Position numbers and translations under genes: made by a program. Source: Amoebophrya sp. A120 (taxonomy: Eukaryota > Protista > Dinoflagellata). Taken from it: a stretch of DNA of 64,000 nt. Under the pieces are notes generated by a model. The model saw nothing but the letters and a program-made list of their open reading frames with translations, did no database searches and was not told the DNA's origin. Location of the stretch: contig CAJINV010000008.1 of assembly GCA_905178155.1 (NCBI GenBank), forward strand, positions 4,241,420 through 4,305,419, read 5' to 3'. Shown here piece by piece: positions 50,901-62,900 of this stretch. Within the stretch, counting starts at the first letter, position 1, and every line of letters starts with the position of its first letter.

Positions 50901-53900
50901 CGACGCCGACACCATCACCATGGAGGAAGCCAGGGACGGCAAACACCCTATGCCCCTCATATTGAGAGGAAAAATCCCCCCTCCCCATATTGAAAAGGTA
51001 TGTTTCCAAAAATTTGTGTTGCGGATTTGAGGTCACAAATCGCATCTGTCTTGCAAGAAGACAAGGGCAGAAGCTTCCGCCCCATTATGGAAGCGATTTG
51101 CCATGCTGTCTGGCCTAAAGGGGGGCCGTTTGCCATGCTGAACGACTAGACCCATACGCCCCTACCTAACCTGGGGATCTGGCCGCAGTGCCTCTGTGCA
51201 ATACAAAGCTGATTTGTGGCCACAAATCAGCATCACAAATTTCCGTTTTGATATGGGGAGGGGGGATTTTTCATTTTGATACCTCAACGCCTTCCACCAA
51301 TTTGACCACGACGACAACGGTATCCTGAGTAAAAACGTACCCACACCAGAGTTGTCATGCAGATTTGCCATGACAGGAACACTTGTGATGCACAACCCCA
51401 TGGCAGGCATTTTCAATCGTGTTTGGGAACTTGTAATGCTGTAAACAGGATCAGCAGATCGATTTCTGATGCAGCTTTCCTTGCTAACTTGCACTACCTT
51501 ACGGACTGAAGCTTGTCATGCGTGACTCCCAAAGCTCCTAGGTTTGTGCTGCAAAGTCCCCATCTTGACTCTGGTGTGGGTACGTTTTTAATCAGGATAA
51601 ACGGCATATTGACCCAGCAGGACTTTGATAACGTACAAAAGGACCTAAACCAGGTATACCCCAATGAAGCCGGCCTGAACACACAAACAGGCTCCGACGG
51701 GCACGCTAAGAAGATGATAAAAAGCTGTGCCCCCAGTTATGATGTATTCCAGAACTTGGAACGAAGAACAAGAAGTCCTCAATTTGTATTTCGAAGGGAA
51801 AAATTGTTTGGTAACACGTTAAGGATGCCAGCAACACAGATTAGTACTAGATTATGGTAGGATTTTGGGAAAATAATGAGATAAATATCGTGAATTTGAT
51901 GTGTTGCAGACAGCCCCGGTACTTACTATGAGGGAGGAAAATTGTGATGTGAGGGATGAGTAGAGTAATGTTTTTCGCGCAATTAGAAGAAGCAACGAGC
52001 TGCAGCAGTCCTCGTGTCCGTCTGAGTCCCTCGCTCATGAAAACAAACAGAAAGCTCTCATGTGAATTAAACCTTGGGCAGCATGAAGGACACTTCGGAC
52101 TTCTGGGGGCGGGGCAGTTTTCATTTTGATACACGCCGTCTTCAACGTAAAAGAACGATATCTGTTGGACGAGCTATTGTACAGAAAAATTCTCCCATAG
52201 TACCAGAAAAAAAGCATGAAAATTCGTTACTGTTTTTCTTTCACAAGAAGCTCTGTGATGCTGATCCGCAAGAAAGGCGATTTTTATCTGTCATCCCAAA
52301 TATCGAGAATGTAACGGGGACTTTTTATCATGACAAGTTCGTTTTCTTTCTGGTATGGGTCGTGTGCTTTTCTGTAGGATACGAGCTGGCTTACAAGCAG
52401 TGGTGATCAGAGGGACTGCTCTGCTTTCGAGTCCTAGCAGGATGCACCTTTCCGAGCTCGGGGTAGGCCCTCCAGCTCGTGGCCCTGGGGTGCCCGTTTT
52501 GGCTTTTGCTTGTCTTGGGTGCTTTTGGCTTGCTCCAGCAGTCTTTCTCGGGTGATGGTAGAACTCGCTCGACTATGTTGCCCAAGCTTTTTTCGCGAGT
52601 GGGCGTTGTATTTCGTGCCCAGAAGGGGCAGCTCTCTACGTCGGCGTGCCGCCATGTGCTCAGGCTCCCTACCTTGCGGGGCTGTTTTTCCAGGTTTGCT
52701 CTTCTCATCTAGCAGGTCGCGCAGACAGAAGGTCGCCGCAGACGTCCATCGGGGATCTGTGTCCTCCAGAGTACAAGTATACGGGTTGGGTTCCCTGTTG
52801 GGCAGGCAGTGGCAGTTCTGAGATAACCAGAGGCGTCAGCCCGTTTTGCACTCGCTCGTAGTCGCAGTTCGCTCCGGGGTTATGAGGATAGTTCGCTACT
52901 TTTAGGTCCTGGGAGATTCCCGCGTTGCTTGGGGGAGTTGTGCGCTTCTGTAGTGTCTGGGGTCGCTTCCAGCCATTGGATGGCTCTGGTACATAAATTT
53001 CCCATTCGTTAATGGTTGCTTGAGGTGGCTTAGTCTCAGAGCTTGGACCACGCGCCCGTGGAGGTGGTTGCTGCGCATGCATATTTACATACAGGCATCG
53101 GGGATCTAGCTGCTCTAGGACTTACTCCCAGATTGGTGCTGGGATTAAACCGGGCGGCTTTTGTTCACGAGGTTGCCGGGGTGGCGCGGCTCGCCGCTAG
53201 TATTGGAAGTGGCTTGCCCGGCAGGCGCCCTCTGCTGCTACTTGGGCACGTGTGGCGCCGATGCTTTTGTCGATGCGGCTCTGACTCGGGGGGTCGGTGA
53301 GTAGGATACTTCTCCCCGAGAGGGAGCTGGGGGATGGCGGGTCTACTGTCACAACTCTTTTTTCTGGCATTTGATGATCTGGGGAACCTCAACGTTGCCG
53401 CCTACTCTCTGTCTACCTTCCCTTTCGCGTGATCGTTTCCGCAAGTTGCCTTACGGATTTGCTGCGCCACCGGTCGCAGAGCCTTTCGTTCCGCAGGGGA
53501 TTTCTGCTTATCTGCAGATGTTCTTGGCCTTGGGGTAGGACGCTTCTGCCAGCATCGCTTCATCGTGCACTAATGTTTCCCCTGATCCGATATATCAGCA
53601 TGAGTCGCCCGGGGTTGGCGGCGCTTCGTTTCGGTATTAGTTGCCCGGCTGTCGGGTGTGGTGATAGAATAGTATGTGCCAGGCTTGCTGGCTGCTTGTG
53701 ATAGCGTGTCTGCGCTTTTGCTGGGGTACTCTTCCTGCGTGGGCCACCTTATCTGTGTCTTCCCTTTATAGGCGAGTGGGGCTGTGCCTGTGCGAGTGGG
53801 CCGTCCCCTGCATGTGCTTGCGAAGGCTAATGCGCTATGCTTGCGCCGAGAGACAAGGGGCAGAGAAAAACTTTCGCTACTTTGGTCGCAACCACTTTCA

Positions 53901-56900
53901 CAACGCTACAAAGACGCAACACCTGTTGCCCGCGCGCGGGCACTGTGTGAAGTTGCGGCCGCCCTAGGTGGCCGCCTACGTTAAGGCGTGGCGCCGCGCC
54001 CCCCCCGGGGGACGCAGAGCGGCGCATGCACTTTGAACAGCCGCCCTGGTCTGCCCTGGAGTCAAAAAAGAAAAACTTGCAGAGGTAGGCGACCTTAACT
54101 TTTAGGCCCTAGCTTTGTTTATTCTTACTCTAAGACACAGGCACTGCGCGCAGGCGGGCGAGCTTCACTGTGCGGGCGGTTCTGGTAGAGGGTCCGGGAG
54201 AGGGTCCCGGAGAGGGTCCGAGAGAGGGTCCCGGAGAGGGTCCAGGAGAGGTTCGGAGAGGGTCGCGGAGAGGGTCCAAGAGGTCCCGAGAGGGTCCGCC
54301 GAGAGGTAGAAAAGAGGTTCCCGGAGAGGGTCGACATAGAGGGTCGCTTAGAGGGTCGCCCTATACTGTGGAACCTCTCTGACCCTCTCGACCCTCTCCC
54401 CCTACCCTCTACTTGACCTCTACTCAACCTCTACGCACCCTCTTCGGGCGTATAGCGCCGCTATACGGTCCCCTATACTGCGCACCCTCTCCCGACCCTC
54501 TCCGTACCCTCTCACTTTACCTCTCCCCGACCCTCTTGTTTTGGTCGACCCTCTACTTTACCTCTCCGACCCTCTGTCTAACCTCTACGAAACCTCTCCC
54601 CAACCTCTATCGGACCCTCTCCGGCCCCAAAGTTTGCCTTATATAAATATATTAATGGGTCGTGTGCTTTTCTGTAGGATACGAGCTGGCTTACAAGCAG
54701 TCCACCGGTGCCTGTGGGGGTCCATGCAGGCTACATGGAGGTGTTGGTGAGGGTTGCTGGGGAATCGTGGGGGCCAATGCGCCCTGGTTCGGGTTCCATT
54801 GTTGTGCCGGGGGGGGCTGCTGTGGTTGAAAAGTGTTCTGCTGCATCAGCGGGCACTGCGTGAAGGCCTGTTGTCCCGGCGCCCCGCACTGCTGCTGCGT
54901 CTGTTGCATTGGCAGTGGTGGTTGCGGGGCCTGCTGCATCTGTGTGTTCTGGAGCCCGAACTGACTAGCGCTTGGCATGCCGCACTGCTGATGTAGCTGC
55001 ACTGTCTGTCCCCACTGCTGTTGTCCAGGTCCAGTTGCTGTCCCGAGCGGAAGCTGACCCTGCGGCGCGAAGCCCATCTGATGCGGGGGTCCTCCCATCG
55101 GGTTTGTCGTGTGCTGCTGCTGTTGTTGATTCTGGGCAAAGGGTGGCAATGCGGGCGGGGGACTATACTGTGGGCCAGTTGTTGGCAGCTGCGCCTGCTG
55201 CTGCTGCGGCTGCAACTGCTGACCTGGTGGTCCCTTCCCTTGTCCTGGCGGCCCGCTTGGCCACTGCTGGAAGTGCGGTTTTCCACCGCCTTTTACGTAC
55301 ATTTCCGATTTCGCCGTAGCTGCTATCGGACCACAATTACGTCTGGATGTGGTCCATAGTCCCGTCCGGGTGTGGGTGATCGAGATCGATCACCTCGCAA
55401 CGCTTTGATGTAAGGACCGGGGACCAACGAGACCATTCTTTGCTTCTTGTTCTTCAAAAAATACTTACACTCTTTCTCTCTTCAAAAAAAGCCCAAAACC
55501 ATGGGCCCCACACGATGTGGGGACGGCAATTTTCAGCCATCATATAATTAAAACATCATTAGATCCAAACAGTGATAAAAAATGCATCAAGCAAAATGAA
55601 AACTTTGGGTCGTGTGCGTCAAGCAAAATGGGTCGTGTGCTTTTCTGTAGGATACGAGCTGGCTTACAAGCAGTCGCATTCGACCGTTTTACTCGATGCT
55701 CAGGAGATGACAGATCCGAAAGTGGCCATCAACAATCTATGGAAACCCACTGAAGCAAATGGTATTATCTTCATGCACTAGAAAATTTATCTTTCCTTCC
55801 TTACCCTGGCGATTCAGCACGACTGGACGACCTTGGTTGTATCTACTAGTGCAGATGATTTTTTACGTTCGCTGTACTTGGTGTCTTTATTTAAGTATTT
55901 ATTAAGCTTATTTTAATTTATTAAAATTAGAAGGAGTTTTTTCGTTTCCTAATTCGGTGATGGCTGCTCGGTTTTCCGGGCGAAAGCGCTGCAGGAGTTC
56001 TGTCGAATGAAAATCGACGGAAGTTCGATTCTATTAAAAGAATTCGTCCTACTGCTTGCGAAACGTTTTCATTGGCACGCTGGGATCAACAAAAAACAAA
56101 AACCACAGGAATTGAGGCGACGACGAACAAGCTGCTCGGCGACGACAACGTGTTACGCATTGCAAATATGTCTGGGTCTGGAAGAATGCGTACTTGTGAT
56201 GCGCATTTCACAACACACAAAAATCTCTCATACCTAGGCAGGAAAAGTTGCCCAGAGTGTGCGATCTGTCATGCGGATTAGGCATTGCGGACGCTCCTTC
56301 TCAAAACCTGTGATGCAGCTAGGGCTCTCATTCCGGACCTTCTGTGTCATGCGAAAACAGCATGACAAAAATCTGCGTTCTCCTTCCTGACCCAGACAGA
56401 ATTGCATTTGATACTTGCTAAAGTACGACGATCTAGCGAAATTCAAAACGGCCAGTGACGGCTATCCTGCAAAAAAAAACGTCCCAGCCTAAAGTCAAGT
56501 AGATGGGAATTTGACTGCACAAACGCCCATGAGATTTTCTGTGTTGTGCATGACAGCTTTGGCGGCGTAGTGTAGTTGTAAAAATCGAGTTTAGTTGCAA
56601 ATGTAATCGCGTCACATCAAATTGATCGCCTCATGATCCTGGTACAGGTTCTTGTTCTTCTAGCTTTGCATACATAAATTTCCACGCACCAGTGGACAAT
56701 CAATGCTACCACGAAACAAATGGATGCGCATGAAAATAAAGAACATTTTAGGCTTAGGCACGCAGATTCGCATGAGAAGCGTGAGGTGGGGACGTGGTTG
56801 CACAGGAGGACGCCGAAATCACTTACCAGGAGTGGGAGGCGGGAGGCGGGATTTTCGCGCCCAAAGGGGGTGCGTATCGTAAGGAAAAATCCCCCCTCCC

Positions 56901-59900
56901 CATATTGAAAAGGTATGTTTCCGAAAATTTGCGTTGCTGATTTGAGGTCACAAATCGCATCTGCCTTGCAAGGAAGAAGACAAGGGCAGCAGCTTCCCCC
57001 CTATTATGGAAGCGGTTTCTCATGCTGTGAAGCCTAAAGAGGACCCGTTTGCCATGCTGAACAACTAGACCCATACGCCCCTACCTCGCCTGGGGATCTG
57101 GCCGCAATGCCTTCCTGCAATACAGAGTTGATTTGTGTACACAAGTCCAGCATCAGAAACTCCGTTTTGATATGGGGAGGGGGGGTTTTTCCTTTCGATA
57201 GTGCGGAAAAGAACGGCCCCCCAGAACTCGACGAGGATGTGTTCGAGATGTTAGCTGGAAAGGACGGTATCAAAATGAAAAATCCCCCCTCCCTATATCA
57301 AAACGGAAATTTGTGATGCTGATTTGTGGCCACAAATCAGCTTTGTGATGCTAGAAGGCAAGAGATGCGGACAGTAGTGCTGTCGAGCGTGGGAAAGCCT
57401 TGCAGCTCCAGGATGACAGGAGGCAACTGGAAGTGGGAAACAGCATGACAGATTACCTGCAATATAGGCCGCAGCTTCGTCTCTTGGCCTTCTAGCAATA
57501 CAAGTTGATTTGTGTACTCAAATACAGCATCACAAATTCGCGCATCTTCCGTTTCCGATATGGGGTGGGGGCTTTTTTCACTTTGATAGACGGCGTGCTG
57601 AAACGAGAGGACTTCGAATCTGGCGGAGCCGCATACAACCTGGGAGATCCGAAAAACCACCACCAGATTACCAGGGAAGTGTACGACCAAATCCGTTGGG
57701 AAGCAGAGGCCATGGACCTATCCTGTGTAAAACCGTACTTGTTATGTTATCCATCTTTTCCGACAGAACTTGTCATGCATACTTGCTGCATGCCCAGAAC
57801 GTCACTCATGCGGCTTCGCTGTAGGGGTGGCAACATGTTCTCGCCGTGATTAGAAAAAATCCGTCGCACACTAAAAATCAGGATAAGCAAGAACAGGGTC
57901 GTCCTCTGTGGTGCAACGGGCCTAGCTACGCGCGAATGCATGCACATGACCACCAAGCTCGTGAGTCTCAAAGATTATCGACCTTTCTTGCAGAGCGAGA
58001 GTGCCCACCTTGCCTGTGGGATTGTGTGGGTTGTGCTATCGGTTTTTTTGCTAAGGATAGGACCACGATGGCGATTCAGACGTGTTGTCTGTGAACGATC
58101 TGTTTTATCAAGTGCAAACATGTTTATTTTTGGGCCTGGAAAAAATTATTTCTCTACGCAATTTATTTCGGATGATCGGGTGCACGCAGGAGGCCTACAA
58201 GCTTTTACATAGAGCATTGTACTAGCAAGGTCTGCAATGAGGACCTCTCGATGCCTAAGTAGCCCGCGTGAGAAAAAGTGGCCTTCTTCGAATGATAAGA
58301 AGCGCACATCTGTTTCTACTCTGGACCAGCGTCACACGCTTTGCATCTCTCCAAACGAACCACACATATTTGCAACGGTGCATATTTTTCCGACACAAGA
58401 CCAATCTGACGGGCAGGCCGGCGCGTATCAACTGCAAATTTGCTGGGTCTGGGAGGTTGCGAGGCTTGTCATGCTAGTCTCGCATGACTCTGAACTCTGT
58501 ATTGCGTGGCCGCGAGGAGCTCCTCTTGCCTGTCATGCAAAAATGGAGTTTCTCATGCGGAATACGCAAGCCAGAACCACGGAAAAAATTGTCATGCTTG
58601 GAAGCGCATTGCAGTGTGCTATAGTAATGCCTTCCTTGCATCACAAGTTTCCAGACCCAGACATATTTGCAATCCATAGCGCTCGCACCCAGACGATGTC
58701 CATCAACGAGTGGCACGGGCGTATTGCGAGGAAAAATTCCCCCTCTCCATACTAAAAAGAGATACTCCTGAAAATTTGCGATGCTGATTTGTAGCCAAAA
58801 ATAGTCTCTGTATTGCACGAAGGCAACGCCAGAGACTCCGCTGCGCTGTGCACGCAGTTTGTAATGCTGTACCGCCTACAGAAGATATGCCTGTCTTGCT
58901 AGGCGCCTACACCAAAACGCCCCTACTCAGGCTGTGCACCTGTCTGCAGTCCTCTACTGCAAGACAGATTTGTGTACACAAATCCCGCGTCACAGATTTC
59001 CATTAATTTTGATATGGGGAGGGGAGATCTTTCATTTTGATAGGCCGCCCGTCCGACTTCTACGCGCTAGCGGGCAGCACAGAGCTATCCTGTGTAGAAA
59101 CGTCTCCAACTACCCAGAGCCAAGGTCGTGCTGGTAAATTTTCTACACAAATCAGCAAGGTTATTACGCGATGCAATCTGTTGTCACGCAACGGGCGTGG
59201 GAACCCTAGAATGAGAAGAACATTTCCATTTTCACCAAACGATGATGAAAAAAGATTTGCTACAAACACGAAGAAACATGCTGCTCCTACCATAACAAAC
59301 TCCAATGTAAGATTAGAAAACGCCCCTCACGCGGCAGCGGATGACACACATTTTAGGAATACCAAATTGCATGACCCATTTTGGGTGGGGACGTTTTTAC
59401 ACAGAATAGGAGCCGGCTGACCAACTCGAGCGGGACGACTTCAAGAAGGCGAACATCGACGGTATACCAGGCGTATCCACTGCAAATATTTCTGGGTCTG
59501 AATATTTTGCGTTGCTGCGATTGGCTTGGCGGCGTGGCGACTCGTACGGCATGACAGCATGAGAAGTTTATTACCGCCCGTGGCAGCCGCGCATCATTGA
59601 TGTAGATTCATTATCTATCATTTTCATTCTTCTTCGCGCATCACAGATCTTGTCCTACCTCGCATCTTGTGTCGCAAATCCAGACCCAAAAATATTTGCA
59701 ATTCATAAGGAGTGACCCGGGACGAGATCTTCATAAAGAGCCTGTACTATTGACGATTTGTTTTGAAGAATGATGAATTTTTGCTTTAATAAACTTCTTG
59801 TCGCGACACCCACATCGATCACGCAACACAGTGGTGTTTGTGTTGCCAGACATGCAAGAAATGGGAGTTTCTTCCATGTTTTCCCTCGGAAAACGCGCAT

Positions 59901-62900
59901 TGCAGCTGTACTGAGTTCTTGATACAACTTTCATCTCGATTTTCTTCCTTCGCTAGAGCATTTTTGTCTTCGATCTGTGCAAATAATAAATCAATTCACA
60001 GCATGGAGGGTGGGTTCGACACGAACCGCGCGATCGCGGATTCGGCCAATGGTCAGGAGACGCTCTCGTGGAACGATTTCAAGGATGCTGGACTTGTCGA
60101 TAGCGGCAACAAAGTTACCCTGAAATCGTGGACGGACCATGGGGGCACGCCCGAACAGTTTCACGCGCTTGCCGGAACAGAACAATCGGAAAATGTGTTG
60201 ACGGAAGGCGGGTTCCACAAGCTGAGCACCGACGGCGGGGGTGCGACGGGGAGTCCGAACGTGCTAGACTCCAAGGAGCTTGAGAGAATCTTCAACACCA
60301 ACGAGGGTGACGGCTGGGCCGGGGATGCAGCAAAAGAATCCGGGGATCACGAGCAGCTCGACTTCCATGACTTGCAGAAATACGTGGAGAAGCATGACGA
60401 TGATAATCATCCGTACAATGCGAATCACCCGCACACGAAGGTCACTTGGAGGGAAGCAAAACGCGCAGGCATGCCTTTGAACCTCTGGAACCAACTGCGC
60501 GTATCAAATGCAAAAATATCTGGGTCTGGAATGTTGCCGGGTTTGTCATCATGCATATTTTGCATGACCCAGGATATCTGTAATGCGCGACCTAGCATCA
60601 CAGATCTTTAGAGGGCTTCCTGATGTCTACTCCGCATGACAAAAGCCCTCTCCGCGTAGCACAAACGAGACTCCTCTTGGTGGTCATGCAATACGGAATC
60701 GACCAGAACATGCTGCCACTCTAACGAGTCCTCACCTCGGGTCCGACCCGCGTTAGAGCTTGACCCAATCCCCCCGAGGTCATGCCCAGAGGCATCGGTC
60801 GTAAAGGGGGTGACTGTGGTCGAGGGGTAAAAAAGGTCATGCAATACAGATTTTTTTAGAGTCCAAAGTTAGTTAGCATCACAAGTTCCAGCCTTCCAGA
60901 CCCAGACACTTTTGCATTTGATAGCACGGTCACAACGACGAAATCACCGCGGGCGACTTCACCAGATTAGCGGACAACCCGCAGCTATCGCAAAAAAAAC
61001 TGTTTCACTGTGAACTTGTGACGCAGAAAATGGAACACAGAACTATTTGCTACACCTGCAACACATTGGATTTTCAAGCGTGATTTCCCTTGGGAAGCGC
61101 GCATGACAGACTTTCAGTGTCATGTGTAACAAGCTTGTGATGCAGATCTAGCAAAATCATCACAGTGAAACAGTTTTTTCGTGGGATAGCAGCTGGACGA
61201 ACACAAGTTTCCGGGCGTCGACAGCGATCACACATCGTTGTCCGAATGGGAGCGCGACCGTCTCGACAACGCCGGTTGGGATCAAAAACCGGAACCCAAC
61301 GATCCTGCGAACCAGCTACCAAACCACGACTCGCCAGTAACAACGCGAAAAGCGGTCCGCCTTACGAGCAAATCAGTGAAAAAACGTTTGCAGTAGCAAA
61401 AAAGTTCTTCGTGACGAGTTGTGGACGTAATTACTTATGCCCGCATCGATGAACATTTTTGCAGCACACTTCAGCAATACACAAAAAATCCATTACAGCT
61501 TGGCAAGCATTTGCATTCTACATCGGGGCCTCCCTGCATAAAAATTATAATCGCCATCATACATTGGATGTTGATTCCTACAACGATGAGTACAGAATCC
61601 AGATCAAATTTCGTGCAGAACGAGAACAAAACTTTTCCAGTTGCGACAAGGTATATCGTTTAGCGCAAACATTTTTTCCCGACCCCGAGGGCGGAACGCC
61701 TTTCACCGTGATAGCCAGAGGCTGATCTTCTATCACACAGAAAAAAAGCTTGCGCATCGCGTTTGTTGTACCAATAGCAATACTACATAGAAATGAAAAA
61801 GAAGCATCCAGAAAAGCCCACCGCGCAGCGGGTGGTAAGTAGCACCGCTCTAGTATGCTGAGCTCCGAAGTCCTTGCATTCGTTTCTGCATGATGCATCA
61901 AATGCGGTGTACTAGCGTCTTTCTATCTCATAGGTTCCGCACCAAGCTGTCCCGAATGACAATGGTGGTGGTAGTGGTGGTGGTGGTGGTGGTCTGATAA
62001 CACCAACAAACCTTGCGATCGCGGGTGTATCAACCGGAGCGCTTGGGTTTGTTGGCTACAGAGCGTTCGCCGGAGGAGGACCTATCCTGAGTAAAAACGG
62101 GACCCACGCACGATACTTAGTGAACAAGATGAGAATTACTTATTTGGTCAAAACTTTTGCGAGTCACGCATTAATACGCGGAGTGTACGAGAACCCTGAA
62201 TGATGCCTAGCTAGTCCAGACGCATCACAAATCCAGTGCAACACTCTGGCTAGCACATGGCAGATTTTTGTTCCAAGAAACAATTCTAGCGAAATCCTCG
62301 CCGCATGAAAAACATCCTCCGGATGCACATTTGCATGGCGAGTCTGGCGTGGGCACGTTTTGACTCAGGATATGATGCGAACGTATCAAATGCAAAAATG
62401 TCTGGGTCTGGAAGAATGCGCGATTTGTCATGCATATTTCTCATGACCCATGATGCCTGTAATGCAGGACCTGGCATCGCAGACTTTTGGAGGGCTTCCT
62501 GATGCACCTTCTGCATGAGAAATGCCCTGTCCGTGTAGCACAAATTGTACCCCTCTTGCTGGTCATGCGAATACAAATTTTTTTAGAGTCCAAAAACAGC
62601 ATGACAACTTGCAATCTTCCAGACCCAGACACTTTTGCAGTTGATAGAGCGATCCCGGGCGCGATACGTGGAGTCGAGCGACTCGGGTGAAGATAGCTCC
62701 CAAGCTATTACAATGAAAAATGCTCCTCCCCATATCAAAACGGAAATCTGTGATGCAGATTTGTGGTCACAAATCAGCTTTGTGATGCTAGAAGGCAAAG
62801 GATGCGGACTGTAGTGCGTTCTAGCGTGGGAAAGCCTTGCAGATCCAGGATGACAGGAGGCAACTGGAAGTGGGAAACAGCATGACAGATTGCCTGCAAT

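Larger units (their letters stand above)
52355..55674. repeat. Three identical 47-bp direct repeats separated by 2253-bp and 926-bp unrelated segments
   Basis: ATGGGTCGTGTGCTTTTCTGTAGGATACGAGCTGGCTTACAAGCAGT at 52355, 54655 and 55628. Confidence 0.95.

Noticed and set aside
52355-52401. 47-mer as a spliced leader, snRNA or tRNA fragment
   Set aside because: No match to the dinoflagellate SL (CCGTAGCCATTTTGGCTCAAG) or to any RNA I can recognise on either strand.
52355-55674. CRISPR array
   Set aside because: Spacers are kb-long and unequal, there are no cas genes, and the context is eukaryotic.
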